A stretch of 63,783 bases of DNA, filler included, from Octopus bimaculoides (Eukaryota), in assembly GCF_001194135.2 (NCBI RefSeq). It is 5 parts of 5 records of this genome, joined end to end, with 100 filler letters (N's around TTAATTAATTAA, not from the genome) between each part and the next. Parts side by side here need not be neighbours in the genome. Positions count along the whole stretch, not along the records: positions 35,201 to 57,350 come from NC_069008.1; positions 57,451 to 61,364 come from NC_068989.1; positions 61,465 to 63,783 come from NW_026314602.1; 2 more parts are not named here. The stretch is one strand, 5' to 3'. Positions within the stretch are counted from its first letter, which is position 1. Each line of letters opens with the position of its first letter. This document shows, piece after piece, positions 52,716-63,660 of the stretch. The position numbers and the translations under genes were made by a program. The notes under the pieces are model-generated. The model did no database searches, was not told the origin of the DNA, and was given only the letters and a program-made list of their open reading frames with translations.

Positions 52716-53990
52716 ATTAGGTATAGAATTAAACTAAATGAGATGCAGTTTGGTTTTGTTCCTGGAAGAAGTACCACTGATGCCATCTTCATAGTGAGAT
52801 AGTTACAAGAAAAGTATATGGTTAAAAGTAAGCCCTTGTACTTAGCCTTCATCAGTCTGGAGAAAGCTTTTGACAGGGTTCCCCACTCCCATATTTGGTG
52901 GTCTCTAAGGAAGCTAAGGGTAGAGGAGTGGTGATGCTGTCAGTAAGGTGAGAGTTGGCCTTGAATACAGTTGAAGTACACCAGGGATCAGTTCTTAGTC
53001 CACTCTTATTTATCATAGTTCTCCAGGCCATAACAGATGAATTCAACACTGGAGCCCAGGGGAACTACTATATGCTCATGATTATACTCTTATTGCAGAA
53101 TCTGAAGCAGATTTGAAGAAGTTCCAGGCTTGGAGGCAAAACCTGGAATCAAAGGGCCTTAAAGTTAACTTAGCTAAAGCTAATGTTGTTAGCAAGAAAG
53201 GAGGTAAGACTCTCATTCTGGCTGGCAAACAGCCCTGTTCAAAATGTAGGAAAGGAGTGGGATGTAATTCCATTCGCTGCACCAAGTGTAAGTTATGGAT
53301 GCATAAGAGATGCAGTGGAATCTTGGAAAGATTATCAGATAAGGATGCACAAGAACAGTAAGTACTAAGAGCACAGGGGGACTAAAACTCTCTCAAATGC
53401 CTAGGAGGCTCTCTTGAGGTAGTAGATAGTTTCTGCTATTTAGGTGACCAAATTAGTAATAGTGGTGGATGTTCTGAAAGTATTGTTTCTAGAATAAGAA
53501 TAGGGTGGAAGAAGTTCAGAGAACTACTACCTCTGTTGGCAGCAAAAGGACTCTCTATCAGAGAGAAAGGTAGGTTGTACGATGCTTGTGTGAAAACAGC
53601 TATGTTACATGGTAGTGAGATATGGGCTCTGAATGTAGAGGACATGCGTAGGCTGGAGAGGAATAAAGGTAGTATGCTCTGTTGGATTTGCAGCATCAGT
53701 GTGCATGACCGACAAAGCATAACTGTGTTGAGAGAAAAGTTAAACATAAGAGGGATTAAATGCAGTATGCAGGAGAGGAGAACACATTGGTTTGGACATG
53801 TGATGCATATGAGTGAAGACAGCTGTATACAGAAATGCTTGTTGCTGAAAGTGGATGGTACCTGTGGAAGAGGGAGACCCATGAAGACATGAGATGAAGT
53901 GGTGAGGACTGATCTTACTATGCTGGGGTTCATAGAGGAAATGACAGTGGACTGAGATGTTTGGCAATATGAGGTCTAGGGAAGACCCAT
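52716..53990 (+). mobile_element. RTE-clade LINE, RT and 3' region, degenerate; its 5' end continues at 51487-51501
   Basis: EMQFGFVPGRSTTDAIFIVR, LEKAFDRVP, GVHQGSVLSPLLF-like, PHD-like CxxC...CxxC..HxxC insert, KGRLYDACV...LHGSE, WFGHV, GRGRP. Confidence 0.9.
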
Positions 53991-54608
53991 CCATAAAACT
54001 GAGTGCTAGAAGAGCTGTGCCCCACCCTCATGTAACAATAAGTTTTTCACTCACTCTACCCTAAGAAATCAAGCTACAACTCCTCTTCTAATAGCATCTT
54101 TCTCTTCCTCACATTTCCTCTTCGTACGTTGTGATTGTTTTCCAATCCCTTTTCTTGCCCTCATTGCTGTGCTCACTGTACCACTGCTCCCCCCATCCCA
54201 ACTCCCCATCTTCTAACCATGTTCTACACTCATATTCTTGTACTTGTGAGTATACATCATTGCATAGTATGGGAATCATGTGTCAATGTAAAAAGTATGA
54301 ATATGACACATAAAAGTACACAGTATGGGATACTAAATGTCTGAGTACATGATATGGACACTATATTTCAAAGTACATAGTTTGGATCTTCACCATGCGG
54401 ATGCATAGCATATTAGGAACAATAGATCTGCATGTCATAGGTAAGCTTGATATAAGTTGACCATGGGCTAAACTACAACAGATACACAAGTAGCATGAAC
54501 AGTTGAGATAGTATTTATTCCATTTAATAAACCACTCTAGGTTAGAGTATGCAATAGTTTATTTAGAAAAGTATATTTGCATGATGCACCTCATTATTGT
54601 CTAATCAT

Positions 54609-54691
<83 letters not shown>

Positions 54692-55490
54692 TGAGAGAGT
54701 GTGAGAGTGCAGAGAGAACAAGGGTAAGAGAGAGATGGTGGCAATGTGCCAGAGCATACTCTAAAGGTACAGGGATGAGAATATAAATGGGATGGTAGTG
54801 GTAAAGTATATGCCGAGGATGAACAAGTAGGGAGTAGAGAGTTCATGTGAATGCAAAGAAGGTGGGGGAATACAGTGACTGGTGAAACCTGGGTATATAG
54901 AGGAGCAGGGGACAGCAAGATAGCAATGATACAGTGGGCAGGGCAGTGAGGACTACCAACACTTATGTGCCATAAGCTTGCTTGATCAGAGCTACGCTGG
55001 TGCTATTAAGACAATAAATAACAGTAACAAGAACTAACCGTTGCACAATTCTGCTTCTGCATTCTCCGTAAGGCATATCCAGCCATCAGCAACAGAAGGG
55101 GGAACAAGAAAACAGCAAGGCGTATTGGTAAGGCACCTGAAAAATAGACATAAGAACAGGGAAAGCTCAATGCAAAGATGGTTTCAATTATCACTATTAT
55201 TTTATGCCCCCTCTTTTTGCCTGCCTTCTGCTCTATTGAATGGGGGACGATGTAATGACATCAGATGCATTGCACAGTGCAGGAAGCCTCATTAAGTGAT
55301 GTAACATGCTTCAAAAGTTATAAGATTTACAGTCTTTGTATTTTTTATTTTCTTATCACTCAATTCCTGACCACAAATTTCCTCACTTCACCAATGTGTG
55401 TGAACAACTAGCAACACACCACCAGCATCTAGCTTGGAACAAAAGTGAAATGTAAAGCTCATAACTTTTGAAGCATGCTATGTCACCTTA

Positions 55491-55920
55491 AGCAATGTAT
55501 GGTGCTTAAAAGAGGAAGAAACCCCATGCATAATTAAATGTATGTTCCTTGAACAACCAAGGGCTTATATAAATGGGAGCAAACAATGTACGCTTTACCT
55601 GGCAGAGAGAGTAATATTTCTAAAAAACTTGCTCAGCCCAGAGAATATTTAGTCAATGCCCCCATCTGAATCATTTCCTACTGCAAAGTTGGAATTACCC
55701 ATTTGTTGAAGAGGCCTGCTGGCAGCTCCTTCAAATTTCACTGTGGCTGGAGCTGATATAAGGAGGATAACTCTGTCCCACCATCAGCACTCCTGTGACA
55801 TATTTCTTCCTCCACTTGTAGAGAGATTATGCACTTTTGGCCATTTGAGTCCGATGAGTTGCCTAAGTTCTTTATAAGTGTGAAACTCTATGACTGGTCA
55901 TAACATTTAACTTCCTAAAA
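55491..55920 (+). mobile_element. Dispersed copy of the 41764-42245 repeat
   Basis: Shared atgtatggtgcttaaaagaggaag...ttggccatttgagtc...aacttcctaaaa. Confidence 0.65.
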
Positions 55921-56006
55921 CATATACTACTGCATTAATGCTTTAGAGTGTGTTTCTTTTCAGAATATATGTACTACTGATGTGTGTGCATATATGTATA
56001 TATACG

Positions 56007-56039
<33 letters not shown>

Positions 56040-56283
56040 CGTCACCCTTTCAACGCCTCGCCAGGCTCATGGGCCCGGTTTCCCGGTTTCTATTGCATAT
56101 GTGTCCCCCCCAGCTGGACGGGACGCCAATCCATCACAGCGTTACTCAAGAAACAGGAAGAAAGAGTGAGAGAAAGTTGGGGTGAAAGAGTACAGCAGGG
56201 TTCGCCACCATCCCCTGCAAGAGCCTCGTGGAGCTTTAGGTGTTTTCGCTCAATAAACACTCACAACGCCCGGTCTGGGAATC
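56040..56283 (-). mobile_element. SINE family D (a related, weaker copy lies at ~29850-30060)
   Basis: ggacgccaatccatcacagcgttac...cacaacgcccggtctgggaatc. Confidence 0.6.
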
Positions 56284-57095
56284 NNNNNNNNNNNNNNNNN
56301 NNNNNNNNNNNNNNNNNNNNNNNNNNNNNNNNNNNNNNNNNNNNNNNNNNNNNNNNNNNNNNNNNNNNNNNNNNNNNNNNNNNNNNNNNNNNNNNNNNNN
56401 NNNNNNNNNNNNNNNNNNNNNNNNNNNNNNNNNNNNNNNNNNNNNNNNNNNNNTAGGAAAATGTGTTGTTGAAAATGCACCTAAATTTCAAAAACTTGTA
56501 ATTGTTTAAAATACATTTATTTACATATATAACAAACTAGCTTCAACGATATTTTTTGTTTATTAATGGTAAAAGTTTAAAAGTTTAAAAGTATGAATTA
56601 GAAAATGTTGACAAATTAACATGTTCAAAACAGATAAATTTAGCATTATGAATTAGGAGGACAGGTGCAAGTTTGAATCTTCATAGCAGACAATAATATT
56701 AAAACTGTATATCAATTTGTTTGAATGTACAAAGTTCATTAATGTTAGTGGTGATCGACAAGTCACACTGAGTTAAGAGGAAAAAAAACAAGGGAAAAAT
56801 GAAAAGAGTAAAAAAAGGAATTTGGTTTACAATTTCTTTGATTCTCTTTCCGTAGACGCTTTTTCTTGTAGTGGTATGTTTTGGGATTAGATGCATTTAT
56901 AATTTTTTCCACAAGCAGATCTGATTTTTGATTTGTTAAAATATTGGTGATGTCTTGCTTTTTTGGTGGTCAAGCTTGTCATTCTGCTTGGTTGGCTTCC
57001 CTGTGGAGATGGTCATCAGTCATTCCGGTTGGTTGGTTTTCTCAAAGGGTCATTTCATTGTATTTGCTGAAGTTCAGATTTGATTGGTCTGGAGT

Positions 57096-57350
57096 TAGGT
57101 GTTGTCAGCGACTGGTGTTTGTAAAACTACATTGGACTAGAGGTAGGTGTTGTCAGCAACTGGTGTTTGTAAAACTACATTGGACTAGAGGTAGGTGTTG
57201 TCAGCAACTGGTGTTTGTAAAACTACATTGGACTAGAGGTAGGTGACGTCAGCAACTGGTGTTTGTAAAACTACATTGGACTAGAGGTAGGTGACGTCAG
57301 CAACTGGTGTTTGTAAAACTACATTGGACTAGAGGTAGGTGACGTCAGCA
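57096..57350. repeat. 48-bp minisatellite, at least 5.3 copies, runs into gap
   Basis: Unit taggtgttgtcagcaactggtgtttgtaaaactacattggactagagg; later units carry tgacgtcag. Confidence 0.95.
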
Positions 57351-57705
57351 NNNNNNNNNNNNNNNNNNNNNNNNNNNNNNNNNNNNNNNNNNNNTTAATT
57401 AATTAANNNNNNNNNNNNNNNNNNNNNNNNNNNNNNNNNNNNNNNNNNNNTTCTCTTTCTCGCTGGCCAGCGATTGAGCAAGGACGTGTGTTTAAAGCTG
57501 TCTCTACATCTTTCGATCTTATACTCGACAGCTCGTTATTCTCACCTCTAAAGATGTATAACCAAAAGATATGTATGTTTACCAAGTAAATAAATGTTGT
57601 TTGAGTTGTTTAGTCTGGAGTTCAGCGTTCCGTCAATTTCTTTAATTTTATAGTAGAAAGTCAGGTATACAATCTAAAGATGTATAACCCACTTTCTACT
57701 AAACT

Positions 57706-57894
57706 TATATTGCTAGAAATAAGAGTTAAAACCCTTAGAACTGCAAGGAAGCACATTTTCATACACTGTCAGGGGAGATAACTGCCCCATAAGCGAAGCC
57801 AGAATCACTGGACTAGACTAGTTTTATATGTAAATTGCAGACTCATCAGCAGTGACTAGTCCACCACCAAATGGTTTAGCTGAATCTAAACTGT
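57706..57894 (-). mobile_element. HHR-containing repeat, copy 1 (3'-truncated, inverted relative to copy 2)
   Basis: Reverse complement aligns with copies 2 and 3 from acagt..gatt.agctaa.ccat to ctagcaatata; head-to-head with copy 2 across a ~19-bp AT spacer. Confidence 0.7.
57804..57856 (-). ncRNA. Degenerate type I hammerhead ribozyme (retrozyme-like repeat, copy 1)
   Basis: Minus strand GTCACTG-CTGATGA-GTCTG-CAATTTA-CATAT-AAAAC-TAGTCTA-GTC-CAGTGAT; G12>A and damaged stem II. Confidence 0.75.
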
Positions 57895-57913
57895 GAATAA
57901 TATATATACTAAA

Positions 57914-58150
57914 AGTCTTGATTTAGCTAAGCCATCTGGCGATGGAGTTGTCACTGCTGACAAGTCTGCAATTTTTCAAACAAAACTAGCCTAGTCCAGT
58001 TACTCTAGCTTTGCTTATGAGGTGGTTATCTCCCCTGTGAGTGTATGAAAATGTGCTTCTTTGCAGTTCTAAGGATTTTAACTCTTATTTTTAGCAATAT
58101 AGGTGCTACCCAGCACCCTCAGTCACAATTAGTAACAGTTGGACTTTTCC
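57914..58150 (+). mobile_element. ~220-bp HHR-containing repeat, copy 2
   Basis: Alignable by eye along its whole length with 58394-58627. Confidence 0.7.
57950..58003 (+). ncRNA. Degenerate type I hammerhead ribozyme (retrozyme-like repeat, copy 2)
   Basis: GTCACTG-CTGACAA-GTCTG-CAATTTTT-CAAAC-AAAAC-TAGCCTA-GTC-CAGTTAC; same fold as copy 3 but G8>A and G12>A, consistent with CpG decay; probably inactive. Confidence 0.75.
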
Positions 58151-58254
58151 TTCTTGGTTTTATATTGCATATAGTTGCCTACATTATTTTATAATTTTCA
58201 CATTAGCATTTCGCTACCTCAACCATATATTTAATGGTAAATATATATAGTGTT

Positions 58255-58387
58255 CAGCAATAAAGATCAATAAAATAAGTACTAGGCTTAGAAAGAATAA
58301 GTCCTGGGGTCGATTTCTTCAACTAAAACCCTTTAAGCCAGTGCTCCAGCATGGCCGCAGTCAAATGACTGAAGCATGTAAAAGAAT
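58255..58387 (+). mobile_element. SINE family A 3' fragment between retrozyme-like copies 2 and 3
   Basis: aataagtactaggctta...ccagcatggccgcagtcaaatgactgaa. Confidence 0.8.
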
Positions 58388-58627
58388 AGTGACAGTCTGG
58401 ATTTAGTGTCCATTTGGCGATGGAGTAGTTACTGCTGATGAGTCCGCAATTTACAGACGAAACTAGTCTAGTCCAGTGATTCTAGCTTCGCTTATGGAAC
58501 GGTTATCTCCCCTGTCAGTACATGAAAGTGTACTTTTTTGCAGTTCTAAGGGTTTTAACTCTAATTTCTAGCAATATAGGTGCTACCCAGCACCCTCAGT
58601 CACTATCAGTGACAATTGAATTTTTCC
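58388..58627 (+). mobile_element. ~220-bp HHR-containing repeat (retrozyme or Penelope pLTR-like), copy 3
   Basis: Direct repeat of 57914-58150. AGTGACA occurs at 58388 and 58608, giving a 220-bp period. 3' hairpins GGTGCT-ACCC-AGCACC and GTCAC-TATCA-GTGAC. Confidence 0.7.
58428..58480 (+). ncRNA. Type I hammerhead ribozyme, intact catalytic core (retrozyme-like repeat, copy 3)
   Basis: Stem I GTTACTG(58428-34)/CAGTGAT(58474-80); core CTGATGA(58435-41); stem II GTCCG/CAGAC with one mismatch and loop CAATTTA; GAAA(58459-62); stem III ACTA/TAGT; GTC cleavage triplet, predicted cut after C58473. Confidence 0.85.
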
Positions 58628-61174
58628 GATATATACAAATGTGTGTGCATGTGCATGTTTTACTGTTGTCTCTGTGCCTTGACATCACGTGATAGTTGTA
58701 AGCAAGTGTGTCTGTCATGCAAGCGGTATCCTTTGTTTCCAATATTCTATACCTGGGTATAGTGAAATATTACTTTCCTTGGAACATGTCAAGGTTGGTT
58801 ACAGGAAGGGCATCCAGATGCACAAAATGTGCCCGATCCATGCAAGCATGGAAAAGTGGCTGCTTCGTATATAATATATGGTGACAATATTTCCATCCGG
58901 GACGTTACAACTGTATCTGATTGTTCAAGTGTTTCAATTCTGTATTTATTCGATTGCTGATATTTATCAATGGTTTTTCACATAGTTTTGATGTGTCATT
59001 TACTATCATTTGTAAAGCTGTTGGTGTTTTTGACGACACGGGTATGTTAGTTATAACTATATTAAATTAGTCATTCGATATTTTACTTCACTTTGAGTGT
59101 ATCTTCGTCTAGATAACAAAATGTGTCTATATTTGAAGACAGAAGACCGCGATACGTGTAAGATATAGTTTTACCGTAGATCCGCTGCTGCTCAAAATAT
59201 AATATGAAAAAAAGTAGATAAGAATGAATTTTCGTAACATCTTGTGATGAAGTGATCTCTAAATGAAAGGTGGAGATGGGTATGATAAATTAAATGTAGC
59301 TTGTCAAAACAGAAATTAATGAGAGGAGAATGAGATTTGACAGTGAATCTTGCGTTTAATCTTCTCTCCCCTCCTCATCGAGTTTGTATGGATACCGTGG
59401 TTTACTTGCTATTGCTGTAACTAGGTACAGGATTTTACTGCGCGTGCGTTTATTCACATCTTAATACTATTATCAATGATAATCAAATGTAATCACTCCT
59501 CTCTTTTACGACTGGAAGGTATTTCTCTAATACTTTAATAATCATAAATCCTAATCATATTCCTGGAAAATCATTGTCGATCATGGTAGCATAAATGCTT
59601 GTTTAGAAACGTTAGAGCCAAATGCGGCTACAATATATGATGCATAAGTAGTACAGCGATGAATTTTTCTTGTTTTATACCCTGGGAAGAATGTAATATA
59701 TGCTACATTGATTCTAATGACTCCACAATTCACCACCTTAGCTCGTATACATACGCGCGCGCGCACACTCTGCATCGAAACTATGGCTAAAGACATATTA
59801 CCTACTTCCAGTTACGAATCTGTGGCTATATTTTGTAGATAGTCCATTGGATAGCATCTGTGACATGAAATTGATTAAACCTTTGAAAACTCCTATCTAA
59901 CAATGAGATCGTTTTTATGATAACTTGCTAAAAACGTACCTCACAATGTGTCATTTTTACACCTGAAAATGGTAAGTTGACTGAGATTTGTTTCAAACTG
60001 TAATAATGTGTGTAAATAATAAAACTCTGAACTATGAAGATACAGTAGTAATTATGTCTACAGAAGTAGAAAAAGATATTTCCTTCAAGAAAACAATGAA
60101 AAGAACTAACGTTAGAAAATGGTTATTTCCTCTCAGGATATAGGAGTTAGAAATGAAAAAACATAATAGCATTGGAGGCGCATTATATATTTTGGGGCAT
60201 AACTACACATTTCGGTATTATTTGATCCTTTCACCCGCACGATTTTCACTAAGAAAAAAAAAACTCGGATTTTTTGTGTGGAATCAAGTATCCTGACCTC
60301 CTAATATGTTGCAAGCCCCTTATTTTTGTTTGGAAAAAAAAGGGGTGGGTGGGAAACCGGACCCTCACCCCATATCCCGGAATCATTGGAAATTTTTTTT
60401 TTTTTCGTTGACTGAATTCTGGTGACCTAATATGCTACAAAACCCTTTTTTTGAGTCCGGTGGATGGAACCCTCGGAAATTTCACCCCTACCCCATTTTC
60501 AAATATTTTTTGCTATTTCTTTCTTTACCCATAATTTTAGATTACATTTTGCAGAAATACGTTTTCGAGATAGTGTGGCTTACATTAGACTGACAATTCA
60601 GAAAAGTTTGAAATGAATAAGTGAAAATGCAGAGGTTAAAGAAGTTAGTGGTAACGAAGTGTGTGGAGAGAGAACGAACGATAAATTCATCTAAAAAAAA
60701 AAAAAACACGTTAGAGTTTTTGCTGGTATGTGTGAAACAAAGTAAAAGTATAATATTAAAACAAAAATATGTGGACGACATCAAAGTAAAACAATGGGAA
60801 AGCATCGGATTGTGGTTTAGATAATTTATTTAACTGACACTTGCAATAACGTGTTGTATACACTAAAAAATTCACTACATGATATTACCAACTTGCTTCG
60901 GGTTGGCGAAGTAGAAAATAAACAGGAAATACTGTGTCGATGTGATGAGGTAGAACCGGGTATGTTTTGTGTTGGTCATTTGGTAGTGTCTATGTTCTGC
61001 GACTGCTACTATGTTGGGTCGTTCATGCTGAATATGCGGTTCTATGTTGGCTACTTGACTGCTGCAAATTAACTGCTGGGTGTCTGCTTGTCTCCTGACC
61101 GTTCGTCTGGTGTTGGCTGTCTGCCTCCTGTTGTATGTCTGACTGTATTTATAATGGTTGTGACAGCTAGGACA

Positions 61175-61364
61175 TCATCATCATCATCATCGTTTAACGT
61201 CCGCTTTCCATGCTAGCATGGGTTGGACGATTTGACTGAGGACTGGTGAAACCGGATGGCAACACCAGGCTCCAATCTAATTTGGCAGAGTTTCTACAGC
61301 TGGATGCCCTTCCTAACGCCAACCACTCAGAGAGTGTAGTGGGTGCTTTTACGTGTCACCCGCA
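61175..61364 (-). mobile_element. RTE-tail short repeat with (GAT)n tail; other copies at ~44080-44400(-), 45885-46205(+), 49005-49155(-), 58665-58865(+)
   Basis: gaagggcatccagctgtagaaac...ccaacccatgctagcatggaaagcggacgttaaacgatgatg. Confidence 0.75.
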
Positions 61365-61530
61365 NNNNNNNNNNNNNNNNNNNNNNNNNNNNNNNNNNNN
61401 NNNNNNNNTTAATTAATTAANNNNNNNNNNNNNNNNNNNNNNNNNNNNNNNNNNNNNNNNNNNNCGTAATACTTGGCGGCATTTCGCCCGTCTACGTTCT
61501 GAGTTCACATTCCACCGAGGTCGGCTTTAT

Positions 61531-61618
61531 CTTTTTGAAGTCATTAATCGTGCCATCTCTATTTACGGCGATGACACTTTAGCTTTCGTGCAGTTCTCAA
61601 ACCTCTGGGCTTCCCCAT
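61531..61618 (-). pseudogene. RPS23: 40S ribosomal protein S23 pseudogene, 5' fragment
   Basis: gccgccatcATG then MGKPRGLRTARKLKCHRRK*RWHD/NDFKK; one stop and a 1-bp insertion. Confidence 0.85.
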
Positions 61619-62370
61619 GATGGCGGCTTGATTGAACAGATCACGTGATTTCAATCTAGTATGATTTTTTTTTTTTTTTCTTGCCAAAACTTGTGAGACG
61701 GAGATTTGGAGGGAGACCTGGCTGCTACTTTTATCAGATTATGCGACCGTGTAAAGGGGAAGACTGTCTCCCTTGATTGACTCGAGAGAAGAAGTAGGAG
61801 GAAGTGGAAGCGAGGGGAGGGGGAGGAGAAGGGAGACTGACAGGTGGGGAAGGGAGGATGAAGCGAAGTGGAGAAGATGAAGGGCAGGAGATGTAGAGGA
61901 AGGGGGAGTTCAACTCCACAATATACATATATAAGGCTCTTTCTCCCTCCAACTTCTCCTCCTCCTTTCAGTTCTTAATCCTGTACAAGCTGGAGCTGGC
62001 GAATGTCTGCAATTGATAAACATATGCACACACGCACAAACGCACACACACGTTACTGGAATTCAATCGTGATGCAAGGGAGGTAATGCGGAAACAAAAT
62101 ATATAAGTCGCCACCGTATTACCTCCCTTCTACCAGGATTGAATTCAAGTAAGGAGTGTGTTCGCGCGTGCGATCGTGCGTGTGTGCAAATGTTTATCAA
62201 TGACATTTACAGAAGTTGTAATTTTTCGTAAAATTATTGGGTTACTATGGTAACGAATAGATCATTTCTTAACGAACAAACTGTACATATTAAAATAAAT
62301 CTATAAGGCATCAGTCGACACTGCTCTAAATTCTATTTATTGTACTATATTTCTTTGAATTCAACGTTAG

Positions 62371-62774
62371 TTTTCTCTTATTTGTTTCAGTCCTTTAACT
62401 GCGGCCATGCTGGAGCACCGCCTTTAGTTGAACAAATCGATCCCGGGACTTATTCGTTGTAAGCCTGGTACTTATTCTATCGGTCACTTTTGCCGAACCG
62501 CTGTGTTACGGAGACGTAAACACACCAACATCGGTTATCAAGCGATGGAGGGGTGGGGAGACAAACACAAACACACACACACTCACACATATATATATAT
62601 ATATCTTTATATACGACGGGCTTCTTTCAGTTTCCATCTACCAAGTCCACTCACTAGGCTTTGGTTGGCCTGAGGTTATAGCAGAAGGCACTTGCCGAAG
62701 GTGCCACACTGTGGGACTGAACCTAGAACCATGTGGTTGGGAAGCAACCTTTTTACCTCACAGCTACTCCTGTA

Positions 62775-62805
<31 letters not shown>

Positions 62806-62846
62806 NNNNNNNNNNNNNNNNNNNNNNNNNNNNNNNNNNNNNNNNN

Positions 62847-62884
<38 letters not shown>

Positions 62885-63045
62885 TTATTTATATTTAATG
62901 ACCTTTTTCAGTTTCCATCTACCAAATCTATTCACAAGGCTTTGGTTGGTCCAAAGGTATAGTAGAAGAGACTTGCCCAATGTACCATGCAGTGTGACAG
63001 AACCCGGAACCATGTGGTTGGTAAGCAAGCTACTTACCACTCAAA
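62371..63045 (-). mobile_element. SINE family A: full copy (62371-62773) plus 5'-half copy (62901-63045)
   Basis: Two successive heads ...ggaaccatgtggttgg..cttaccac. Confidence 0.85.
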
Positions 63046-63340
63046 CAATCTAAATAATAGTGTTCCAAAAGAACACTTTCCATTTAATGGAGATCCAGCT
63101 ATTTAAAATGGAGCAGAAATTATTTAGGACAAAACCACTGATGAGCTAAGTTCTGTGCGAAATTCTGGAAGAGAAGGAGGAAAAAGAAAAACGAGGAAGA
63201 GAAGGGAAACAAATGATGGAAACAAAATAAAAAAAGATAAAAAAAATATATCAAGAGAGAAAACATTAGAGACTTGATTTGATATGTTTATATGGATGTA
63301 CATATATACTGTATGTTTGTATGTTGTCGTCGTCCTTAGT

Positions 63341-63660
63341 GAAGGCACATGGTTCAGTGGTTAGGGAATTTGACTCCCGAGTGTAAGGTCGTGAGTTCAA
63401 TTCCCGGCGATGCATTGTGTCCTTGAGCAAGACACCTTATTTCATGTTGCTCCAGTCCACTCAGCTGGCAAAAATAAGTAGTACCTGCATTTCAAAGGGC
63501 CAGCCTCGTCACATTCTGAGTCACGCTGGATCTCCCTGAGAACTACGTTAAAGGTACACGTGTCTGTGGAGTGCTCAGCCACTTGCACGTTAATTTCATG
63601 AGCAGGCTGTTCTGTTGATCAGATCAACTGGAACCCTCATTGTCGTAACCAACAGAGTGC
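63341..63660 (+). mobile_element. SINE family C, full-length
   Basis: A-box tggttcagtgg, B-box gagttcaattccc, gtgtccttgagcaagacac CORE-like block. Confidence 0.9.

Noticed and set aside
57096-57350. CRISPR-like array
   Set aside because: Contiguous tandem units without spacers, no cas genes, eukaryotic context.
63341-63410. tRNA gene
   Set aside because: A/B boxes belong to a SINE head; no complete cloverleaf.
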